Shown: one piece after another, positions 50,321 to 58,588 of the stretch
Numbering within the stretch: the stretch's first letter is position 1
Layout: each line of letters opens with the position of its first letter
DNA from: Bacteroidales bacterium
Lineage (GTDB): Bacteria > Bacteroidota > Bacteroidia > Bacteroidales > BM520
Reading direction: 5' to 3'
DNA length: 64,000 nt
Assembly: GCA_050953245.1 (NCBI GenBank)
Contig: JBMNMG010000003.1
Coordinates: 12,192-76,191, forward strand
Position numbers and translations under genes: made by a program
The notes under the pieces: model-generated
Seen by the model: the letters and a program-made list of their open reading frames with translations, nothing else
The model's database searches: none
What the model was told of the DNA's origin: nothing

Positions 50321-52006
50321 ATGAAAATAAAAAATAAAGAAATTCTTGAAAAAGTCGAGATCTTTGATGCGGCAAACGATGGAAATGCTGTAGGTAGAAG
50401 TGATAATGATGTTGTTGTATTTGTTCCGTTTGCAGCACCGGGAGATGTTGTTGACATACAAATTACCCGTAAGAAAAAATCCTTCAAATACGGAAAAATC
50501 ATAAAGTTTCATAAATATTCCGAACATAGGGTAGAACCTGTTTGTGAGCATTACGGCTTATGCGGTGGATGTAAATGGCAGCATATAGATTATAACTTCC
50601 AATTACAATTTAAACAAAAGCAAGTAAAAGACGCATTAGAGCGTATTGGACACATCTCAATCAACAATATGATGCCAATTATTGGCGCAGATGATATTTA
50701 TTTTTATAGAAATAAATTAGAATTTACATTCTGCGATTTTAGATGGATGCCAACAGGAGAATTTGAGAGTGAAGATAAAGAAAACCGTAACTTAAACGGA
50801 TTGGGATTCCATCTTCCAAATATGTTTGACAGAGTAATAAATATTAACAAATGTCATCTTCAACCGGATCCATCTAATAGCATTAGAAATTTCGTAAAAG
50901 AATATGCTGATAATCACAACTTAGAGTTTTACAATATTAAAAAACATACGGGATTTTTACGTAATCTAACTATCCGAATGTCTAATACAGGAGGATTAAT
51001 GGTAGTTGTGATTGTAAATAACAAAGACGATGAAAAATTATTTCCGCTCTTAGATAGCATCCATAAAGAATTTCCTGAAATTACTTCCTTAATGTATTGT
51101 GTAAACTCTAAATTTAATGATGATTATTCGGACCAAGAAGTAATATTATATAAAGGAAACGATCATTTAGTAGAACAAATGGATGATTTAAAATTTATAG
51201 TCGGTCCAAAATCATTTTATCAAACAAATCATAAACAAGCATATAAATTGTATTCCAAAGCCTTAGAGTTTGCTAATTTAACAGGTAATGAAATCGTTTA
51301 TGACTTATACACAGGAACAGGTACCATTGCAAATTTCGTTGCTCCTTACTCCAAAAAAGTAATAGGAATAGAAATTATTGAACAAGCTATTGAAAACGCA
51401 AAAGAAAACGCAAAACTTAATAATTTAAATAATACTTTTTTTGTAAGCGGTGACATGGCAAAAATCCTAACAGATGATTTTATTCAACAAAACGGTAAAG
51501 CAGATGTTGTAATCACAGATCCTCCCCGAGCCGGAATGCATACAAACGTCATAAATCAATTGTTGAAATTAGAGCCTAATAAAATAGTCTATGTTAGCTG
51601 TAACCCTTCTACACAAGCACGAGACATTGAACTTTTGTCAGAAAAATATACAGTTGAAAAAATTCAACCCATAGACATGTTTCCTCAAACAAAACATGTG
51701 GAGACGATAGCTTTATTGTCCAAACTAAATACGAAGCATCACTTAGATATAGAAATAGATGAAGATGAATTATCAGAAATTGACTTTTCAAAAGATGCAA
51801 CTTATGGAGAAATTAAAAAGTATGTGTTAGATAAATATAGTTTAAAAGTTTCAAGCCTATATATTGCACAAGTAAAAAGGAAACACGGTCTAATAGAAAG
51901 AGAAAATTATAATTTTAGTAAGAAAGAAAATCAAAGAGTACCAAATTGTCCAGAAGAAAAAGAAAAAGCAATAGAAGATGCTTTAGAGTATTTTGGAATG
52001 ATTTAA
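50321..52006 (+). CDS. rlmD: 23S rRNA (uracil-C5)-methyltransferase RlmD/RumA family with ~90-aa C-terminal extension
   Basis: TRAM domain, Fe-S Cys cluster (C...CGGCKWQH), SAM motif DLYTGTGT, VSCNPSTQARD, DMFPQTKHVE. The ORF continues ~90 codons past the usual end. Confidence 0.85.
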   Translation: MKIKNKEILEKVEIFDAANDGNAVGRSDNDVVVFVPFAAPGDVVDIQITRKKKSFKYGKIIKFHKYSEHRVEPVCEHYGLCGGCKWQHIDYNFQLQFKQKQVKDALERIGHISINNMMPIIGADDIYFYRNKLEFTFCDFRWMPTGEFESEDKENRNLNGLGFHLPNMFDRVININKCHLQPDPSNSIRNFVKEYADNHNLEFYNIKKHTGFLRNLTIRMSNTGGLMVVVIVNNKDDEKLFPLLDSIHKEFPEITSLMYCVNSKFNDDYSDQEVILYKGNDHLVEQMDDLKFIVGPKSFYQTNHKQAYKLYSKALEFANLTGNEIVYDLYTGTGTIANFVAPYSKKVIGIEIIEQAIENAKENAKLNNLNNTFFVSGDMAKILTDDFIQQNGKADVVITDPPRAGMHTNVINQLLKLEPNKIVYVSCNPSTQARDIELLSEKYTVEKIQPIDMFPQTKHVETIALLSKLNTKHHLDIEIDEDELSEIDFSKDATYGEIKKYVLDKYSLKVSSLYIAQVKRKHGLIERENYNFSKKENQRVPNCPEEKEKAIEDALEYFGMI

Positions 52007-52010
52007 GAAA

Positions 52011-52048
52011 AATAATGCCTCAGATTAGATTCTGAGGCATTATTTTTT
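52011..52048 (+). terminator. intrinsic terminator after rlmD
   Basis: AATAATGCCTCAGA/TCTGAGGCATTATT 14-bp stem plus a T-run. Confidence 0.8.
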
Positions 52049-52076
52049 ACTTATTTTAACGCAGTAAATCATATTA

Positions 52077-52106
52077 TTGAAGGGGATCCACTTTATATGC
52101 TATAAT
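52077..52106 (+). promoter_or_regulatory. sigma70/sigmaA-type promoter TTGAAG-N18-TATAAT
   Basis: Hexamers at 52077-52082 and 52101-52106, ~55 nt upstream of the C-protein start. This is unlike the TAnnTTTG boxes used elsewhere in the window. Confidence 0.45.
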
Positions 52107-52159
52107 TAGGTAGTTAATCTATACATTTAGAAAGGTAAAATATAGAATTGGAGAATGAT

Positions 52160-52381
52160 ATGGGATTTTCATATAACAAATTATGGAAGTTATTAATAGA
52201 TAAAAATATGAAAAAAACAGACTTACAATGTGCAATAGCAACAACACCCAAGACAATAGCAAAAATGGGAAGAGACGAAAATGTAAGTTTAGAAACATTA
52301 GGAAAGATTTGTGAATATTTTCAGTGTGATATTGGAGATATTATTGAATACAGAAGAAAGAATGAAGAGGAAATCAAATGA
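52160..52381 (+). CDS. small XRE-family HTH protein (candidate R-M controller, C protein)
   Basis: 73 aa HTH (KKTDLQCAIATTPKTIAKMGRDENVSLETLGKICEYF). GGAG sits 6 nt upstream of the ATG. ATGA overlap with the first methyltransferase gene. Confidence 0.6.
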   Translation: MGFSYNKLWKLLIDKNMKKTDLQCAIATTPKTIAKMGRDENVSLETLGKICEYFQCDIGDIIEYRRKNEEEIK

Positions 52382-53406
52382 GATTTATTGGTGGCAAAAC
52401 GCTGATTATACCATATATATTAGAATTAATTAAAGAAAAAACAATAGATGTGAAAAGTATATCAGATGTATTTGCTGGTTCAGGAGTAGTTTCTCGTGAA
52501 TTTAAAAATCTCGGATATGATGTTATATCTAACGATTTGATGTATTTTTCATATGTGTTATTAAGAGGAACAGTTGGGATAAATTCTAAATTAGAATTTA
52601 TAAATTTAGGTATATCAGATCCAATAGCATATCTAAATAAACTTACTTTAGAAAATATGAATTTAGATTTAGAGAACTGCTTTATTTACCAAAATTATAG
52701 TCCTAATGGTGGAAGAATGTATTTCACAGAAGATAATGCTTTAAAAATTGATTTAGTTAGGGCTCAGATTGAAAACTGGTATGAAGCTTCTATGATCAAT
52801 GAAGACGAGTATTTTTACTTACTTGCATGTCTTATAGAAGCAGTACCTTTTGTAAGCAATATAACAGGTGTATATGGAGCTTATTTAAAGCATTGGGATA
52901 AAAGGGCATTAAATAATTTAGAAATAAAAAATGTAGATTTATCAATTAATAATTCAGTAGGACAAGCATATAATGAAGATTCTAATAAATTAATTGAAAA
53001 TATAAAAACAGATTTAGCATACTTTGACCCACCATATAATCAAAGACAGTACTTGCCTAATTATCATGTATTAGAAACAATTGCTAAATATGATTCTCCT
53101 AGAATAAAAGGAGTGACTGGATTAAGAGATTATTCTGAACAAAAAAGTGACTATTGTAAAAAAGACTCAGTTTACAATGCTTTTGAAGATTTAATCAAAA
53201 AGACTAATTCGAAATATATTATTCTTAGCTATAATACAGAAGGATTATTATCCCATGATGAGATTATTAGTATTTTAGAAAAATATGGAAAGCGAGATAC
53301 TGTAGACTACAAATTTATCGACTATAGAAGATATAAGAACGCACATACAAATAAAAATAAAAACTTAAAAGAAATATTATATTTTGTAGAAAAGGAGCAG
53401 TTATGA
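52378..53406 (+). CDS. N6-adenine DNA methyltransferase (Dam/D12 class), equivalent to the N-terminal half of M.FokI
   Basis: MRFIGGK start, DVFAGSG (motif I), FDPPY (motif IV). 342 aa. Confidence 0.85.
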   Translation: MRFIGGKTLIIPYILELIKEKTIDVKSISDVFAGSGVVSREFKNLGYDVISNDLMYFSYVLLRGTVGINSKLEFINLGISDPIAYLNKLTLENMNLDLENCFIYQNYSPNGGRMYFTEDNALKIDLVRAQIENWYEASMINEDEYFYLLACLIEAVPFVSNITGVYGAYLKHWDKRALNNLEIKNVDLSINNSVGQAYNEDSNKLIENIKTDLAYFDPPYNQRQYLPNYHVLETIAKYDSPRIKGVTGLRDYSEQKSDYCKKDSVYNAFEDLIKKTNSKYIILSYNTEGLLSHDEIISILEKYGKRDTVDYKFIDYRRYKNAHTNKNKNLKEILYFVEKEQL

Positions 53407-54251
53407 GCGGAAATTATATAAAATCACCATTTAATTACATTGGAAATAAACATAGATTATTAGCTCAAATATTGCCTCTATTTCCTCAAAATATAGACAC
53501 TTTCTATGATGTGTTTTGTGGTGGTTTAGATGTTTCTGTTAATGTTAAAGCGAATAGGAAAATAGCTAATGATATAAACTATTTTGTAATTGAAATTTTA
53601 GAAATGTTTAAAAAGACTGATAGCAAAGAACTTTTACAAGATATTGATGATGTAATAAGTAAATTTAATTTATCTAAAGATAACAAAGAATCATATTATG
53701 AATTTAGAGAATATTATAATAAAAATAAAGACCCGCTTTTGCTATATGTTTTGATGTGTTATTCCTTTAATTACCAGTTTAGGTTTAATTCAAATCATGA
53801 CTATAATAACCCTGCTGGAACTAATAGGAGTAGTTTTAATGAAAATATGAAAAATAGACTTACTTCTTTTAGAGACAAACTTTTCAATATAGAATTTAGC
53901 AATAAGAATTTTAAAGAATTTGATTTTTCTAAAATTAAAAGTTCAGACTTTGTATATTGTGATCCGCCTTATAGAAGCTCTGTAGGTTCATATAATGATG
54001 GTAAAAGAGGATTTGAAGGATGGACTCTTGATGATGATCTAGCCTTATTTGATATATTAGATGAATTAAATGATAGAAATATTAAATTTGCATTATCAAA
54101 TGTATTTTTTAATAATGGATTAGCTAATAAAGAGTTACAAGAGTGGAGTAGAAAATATAAAGTCCACTTGTTAAAGATAAATTACTCAAATAGTAATTAT
54201 CAACGTAATAAGCTAGGCGAAACTGAAGAAGTTTTGATTACAAATTACTAG
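53403..54251 (+). CDS. N6-adenine DNA methyltransferase (Dam/D12 class), equivalent to the C-terminal half of M.FokI
   Basis: NYIGNKHRLL, DVFCGG (motif I), CDPPY (motif IV). 282 aa. AAGGAG SD and ATGA overlap. Confidence 0.85.
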   Translation: MSGNYIKSPFNYIGNKHRLLAQILPLFPQNIDTFYDVFCGGLDVSVNVKANRKIANDINYFVIEILEMFKKTDSKELLQDIDDVISKFNLSKDNKESYYEFREYYNKNKDPLLLYVLMCYSFNYQFRFNSNHDYNNPAGTNRSSFNENMKNRLTSFRDKLFNIEFSNKNFKEFDFSKIKSSDFVYCDPPYRSSVGSYNDGKRGFEGWTLDDDLALFDILDELNDRNIKFALSNVFFNNGLANKELQEWSRKYKVHLLKINYSNSNYQRNKLGETEEVLITNY

Positions 54252-54259
54252 GAGGAAAT

Positions 54260-56033
54260 ATGGCAGAAAGAACATTGGGTTGGATACAAAATCCATCAAG
54301 TTTTGAAAATTTAAAAAATGTAGTTTCTGTTTTTGATAAAAATACTGATATGTATAAGGAAATCTTAAATACTAAACTTCCTAAATTAGTAAAAGATTTA
54401 GAATTACAAAATAAACTTATTTCAGAAATGAAAAAAGATCCACTTGAAATGGACTATGTTTTATTAAAAGGTCATGGTATAAAATCAGGTCAGAAAAGAG
54501 CAGATGCAGGGTGTAGTGGTATTGTTCAAGCTGCCATTACAACACAAGGTGGTAGAGCTTACACAGATGATTGGACTGCTGATGGATTTTTAAGATGGGG
54601 AATATCCATAGGACTTTTAGATTATGATACAGAAAAAGATACTGTCTCTATAACACAACTGGGAAAGGATTTTGTTTACTCAGATTCTGAAGATTTGGAT
54701 AAAGAAATATTAACTACTGCATTTTTATCATATCCACCAGCAGTAAGAATTTTGACTTTATTAGAAAATGGTGAGCATTTAACTAAGTTTGAATTAGGAA
54801 AACAACTTGGTGGACTTGGAGAAGCTGGATTTACCTCTATACCTCAAGATTTATATATCCAAGCAATAGAACTAGCAGCTGATAAAGACAAAGCAAGTAT
54901 TCGTTCAAATACAGAAGGTTCAGCTGATAAGTATGCTAGGATGATTTCTGGCTGGTTATCTAAAGTCGGGCTTAGTTCAAAGAATTGAAAAAGAAGTTTC
55001 TACTAAGATAGGTAGATGTCGAGTATAAAGTTAAAATTGGTCATTCTTTTAGAATTACATTAAAAGGAATCAAAGAATTAAAAAGGGCAAGGGGTATATC
55101 ATCTTCATTCCAAAGACTGATAAAATAGTGTATTGGCAAATGTTAGCAACTAAGGGCAAGGACAGAGACTATATTAGAAATAGACGTGGACATATAATTA
55201 ATTCAATTACTAATAGAGATAGAACCTTAGAAGATATAAAAGTTTATCTGTCAGAAAATGATATAAAAGAAAGCATTGCAACAATAGAAGATGAATTAAA
55301 AGTTATTGAAGCGATAGGATTATCAGTTAAACATGGTAGGAATGGATATTCGATAGATGATAATATAATTAAATTGGCAATTCCAAGAACAAAGATTTCT
55401 AAGACTAATGTATTGGAATTAAAAGACAAAGTTAGGGATAGATTGAAATATGTTGATCACAGATATCTCGCACTAATTGATTTAGCTTATGACGGAACTG
55501 CTAATAGAGATTTTGAAATTCAAACAATAGACCTTTTAATTAATGAACTTAAGTTTAAAGGGGTTCGTCTAGGAGAAAGCAGAAAACCAGATGGAATTAT
55601 ATCTTATAATATTAATGGCGTAATTATAGATAACAAGGCTTATTCTACTGGATATAATCTACCAATTAATCAAGCAGATGAAATGATTAGATATATCGAA
55701 GAAAATCAAACTAGAGATGAAAAAATAAATTCAAATAAATGGTGGGAAAGCTTTGATGAAAAAGTTAAGGATTTCAACTATTTATTTGTATCATCTTTCT
55801 TTAAGGGAAACTTTAAGAATAATTTGAAACATATAGCTAATAGAACTGGTGTAAATGGTGGAGCTATTAATGTAGAAAATTTATTGTATTTTGCAGAAGA
55901 ATTAAAAGCTGGAAGATTATCTTATATTGATTCATTTACGATGTATGATAATGATGAGATATATGTAGGAAATATTATGGATTATAGTAATGTAAAAATT
56001 GCTGCTGAAGAAGAAAGTCATTATTCGATTTAA
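54260..56033 (+). pseudogene. FokI-family type IIS restriction endonuclease, three frameshifts
   Basis: The N-terminal ORF aligns by eye to the FokI recognition domain (GWIQNPSSFENLK...YPPAVRILTLLE...SADKYARMISGWL). The C-terminal ORF aligns to the FokI linker and cleavage domain (SRKPDG...IIDNKAY...GYNLPINQADEMIRYIEENQTR). Frame path is 2>0>1>0 between 54970 and 55126. Confidence 0.85.
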
Positions 56034-56083
56034 TAACAAGGATTATTTTTATTAAAAATACAATCTAAGTGGAGGATTAAATT

Positions 56084-57724
56084 TTGAAATACGCTCAATA
56101 TTACAAATGTGCTTTGCAAGTAAATCCAAGCGCATACTCTCAATATCGTGGGAAAGAAAAAATGGATGAATCAGAATATAATACACAAATCTTAAATATA
56201 TGTAAAGAAGAAAATATTAGAGTAGTTGGTTTAGCAGATCATGGCTCAGTTGAAAGAGCAGAAAATCTAAGAAAACTTCTAACAGATAATGGTATTTTAG
56301 TTTTTCCAGGATTTGAAATATCTACGGCAGAAAAAATTCATATAGTTTGTTTATTCTCTCCAGAAACAGATGCTAATGAGCTAAACCGTATTCTAGGACA
56401 ATTAGGAATGCCAGAAATAAAAAATGGTACAGAAAAAAGTAATTTATCCTGTATTGATATAGCTAAAAAGATAGCTGAAAATGATGGATTTTGGTATGCT
56501 GCACACATAACTAGTGATAATGGAATTTTAAAGCTAGGTCAATTACAACATGTGTGGACAAATGAATTATTAATAGCGGCTCAAATTCCAGATAGTGAAG
56601 AAAAAATAGATCCAAACTATAAAAATATAATTAAAAATAAAGAACCTCATTATAAAAGAAAAAACGTTGTTGCTTATATAAATGCTAAAGACATTTGCGA
56701 TCCAATGGATTTGAAACTTGAAACTGCAACCACACTTATTAAAATGTCTGAATTAAACTTTGATTCATTTAAGTCTGCATTTACAGATCCAACATCAAGA
56801 ATTAAGCTAAATAGTTCTATAAAAACAAAATATAAAAGTTATATCTCAAGAATATGTGTAAAAGGCGGTTATTTAGATGGGCTGGAGCTAGATTTCTCTG
56901 ATGAATTAAATACTATAATAGGTGGAAGAGGTACCGGAAAATCGACTTTAATTACTTTTATAAGATATGTATTAGGAAACTACTCATATGACAAAGAATT
57001 AGAAAAAGAAATTGAAGACATGATTAAAAATAATTTAGGGACATCTGGAGAAATAAATATCTACTTATCTTCATATTCACTTAATGGGCAAAAATATAAG
57101 TTAATAAAAAGATATAATCAAAATACTACTGTATTTAATGAAGATGGTAGTTTGTCTGAATTAACTATCACAGATCTTTTGCCTAAGATAGAAATTTATG
57201 GTCAAAATGAATTAATCGACGCAATTAAATCTTCAGAAACAATTACTAATATTGTTAAACGTTTAATAAAAATTGATGAGAATATTTTAAAAGAAAAGAA
57301 AATGTTCTATAAAGAATTGAAAGAGAACACCCAAAAGATAATCTCCATTAACGAGGAAATAAATAAATTAGGAGCAACACGTCAGGCATTATTAAATTTA
57401 GCAAATGATATAATTAGGCTAAATGAAGAAAATAAAATTTTAGGTTTAAGTAAAGAAGAACTTTCTTTTTATCATGCAATCAGTAATCCTGAGAATATTT
57501 CTGACTTTTATACAAATAAAGAGTTAATAGACTTAACACAAGACCTGACCCAGACTATTTCAAAGGAGATGACCTCCGACTGGATGATGAGAGAATCTGG
57601 CATAGCAAATATGAGAAGAACAGTAAAAAGGCTGTTGGCAGATTATAACTATCCTGAAAACCATCGAAGTGATATTATTGATCTAATAGTTGAGCAAGCA
57701 GAGTATTTTGATATAGGAGCATAA
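56084..57724 (+). CDS. chimeric ORF: PHP-like domain plus Walker-A ATPase N-lobe fused to an HsdR C-terminal (DUF3387-like) tail
   Basis: N-terminus has YKCALQVNP...GLADHGS...GFEIS..KIHIVCLF (PHP-like), then Walker A GGRGTGKST and a coiled coil. The last ~110 aa (LGLSKEELSFYHAI...DWMMRES...VKRLLADYNYP...VEQAEYF) match the type I HsdR C-terminus. No Walker B or signature region is visible. Confidence 0.55.
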   Translation: MKYAQYYKCALQVNPSAYSQYRGKEKMDESEYNTQILNICKEENIRVVGLADHGSVERAENLRKLLTDNGILVFPGFEISTAEKIHIVCLFSPETDANELNRILGQLGMPEIKNGTEKSNLSCIDIAKKIAENDGFWYAAHITSDNGILKLGQLQHVWTNELLIAAQIPDSEEKIDPNYKNIIKNKEPHYKRKNVVAYINAKDICDPMDLKLETATTLIKMSELNFDSFKSAFTDPTSRIKLNSSIKTKYKSYISRICVKGGYLDGLELDFSDELNTIIGGRGTGKSTLITFIRYVLGNYSYDKELEKEIEDMIKNNLGTSGEINIYLSSYSLNGQKYKLIKRYNQNTTVFNEDGSLSELTITDLLPKIEIYGQNELIDAIKSSETITNIVKRLIKIDENILKEKKMFYKELKENTQKIISINEEINKLGATRQALLNLANDIIRLNEENKILGLSKEELSFYHAISNPENISDFYTNKELIDLTQDLTQTISKEMTSDWMMRESGIANMRRTVKRLLADYNYPENHRSDIIDLIVEQAEYFDIGA

Positions 57725-57959
57725 TGATGTTTTAAGAAAATTAATCAACGATTCAATCAGATCTAAACCTGCAAGTAAACTCTTGATAAATTTTCTGTTA
57801 AAAAAGAAACTGATAGTATTCCTTTTGAAATAAAAAAATTAGGGATATTAATATACCTGATAGACTGGATAAATTAAAATCACTTGCAATGAAAATGATT
57901 AAAAAAACACCTTTTTTGTTTATTTCTTGTGTATTATAAAATAAGTATTATATTTGTAG

Positions 57960-58038
57960 TAATAATTAGTAAGAGTCTTTTTAAACGAGAGCGTGGATTG
58001 TTGTTCCACGAGGCAGTTTAAGAAGACTCTTATTTTTT
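57960..58038 (+). ncRNA. family C small RNA cassette
   Basis: TATATTTG -7 box at 57949-57956. Long hairpin TAAGAGTCTTTTTAAAC/GTTTAAGAAGACTCTTA encloses CGTGGA/TCCACG, followed by a T6 run. Confidence 0.4.
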
Positions 58039-58154
58039 ATTCCAATATCAGATTATTGCTGTTAGAAATACTATTAAAACAGAAATTGTTCTCAACTTTT
58101 TGTTAGCGATAAAATATTCTTTTGTTTATTTGAAAAATATTATTATATTTGTAA

Positions 58155-58231
58155 TGCTGTAAAAAGCCGAAGGCGGCGCGAGTAACGTCAAGCTTAGCCG
58201 GGGAGGTGGATGTAATGTCCACCTTTTTTTT
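58155..58231 (+). ncRNA. family B small RNA cassette, copy 1
   Basis: TATATTTG -7 box at 58144-58151. GCCGAAGGCGGC hairpin. Terminator GGTGGA/TCCACC plus a T8 run. Confidence 0.45.
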
Positions 58232-58272
58232 GTTTTCACTTGTTTATTTGAAAAATATTATTATATTTGTAA

Positions 58273-58348
58273 TGCTGTAAAAAGCCGAAGGTGGCGCGAG
58301 TAACGTCAAGCTTAGCCGGGGAGGTGGATGTAATGTCCACTTTTTTTT
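58273..58348 (+). ncRNA. family B small RNA cassette, copy 2 (118-bp tandem duplicate)
   Basis: -7 box at 58262-58269. Near-identical to copy 1, with one C>U change that keeps a G-U pair in the first hairpin. Confidence 0.45.
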
Positions 58349-58588
58349 GATTAAAAAAATACTTTTTTTTGTGTTAACTCGTTCCCATTATTATTCTTTT
58401 CGAATATTTCCTTACTATATTTCACAGATTTTTTTTCAAACAAAATAACAGTCATTTAGCTTATTGGTTATAAAATCTGTTTTCTATTAACTGTTCTTCT
58501 TGACAATAATTTGTTATTAAATTGATTTCTTTCATTTTTAGCAAATCAAGAATAATAATTTTACATCCTTGTTTTATTGTTTCTGAGA

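Larger units (their letters stand above)
51700..57727. mobile_element. putative horizontally acquired defence cassette (no recombinase in window)
   Basis: Switch in translation/transcription signals (GGAGG-type SDs, sigma70-type promoter, ATGA overlaps) relative to the rest of the window. Content is R-M genes plus remnant genes. Confidence 0.5.

Noticed and set aside
50238-50551. Three short minus-strand ORFs across the miaA-rlmD junction.
   Set aside because: They overlap the ends of two well-supported plus-strand genes and have low-complexity translations.
52109-52125. Imperfect palindrome TAGTTAATCTA between the sigma70-like promoter and the C-protein gene, as a C-box operator.
   Set aside because: It is only 11 bp with a central mismatch in a very AT-rich stretch. 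That is not distinguishable from chance without homologous C-box sequences.
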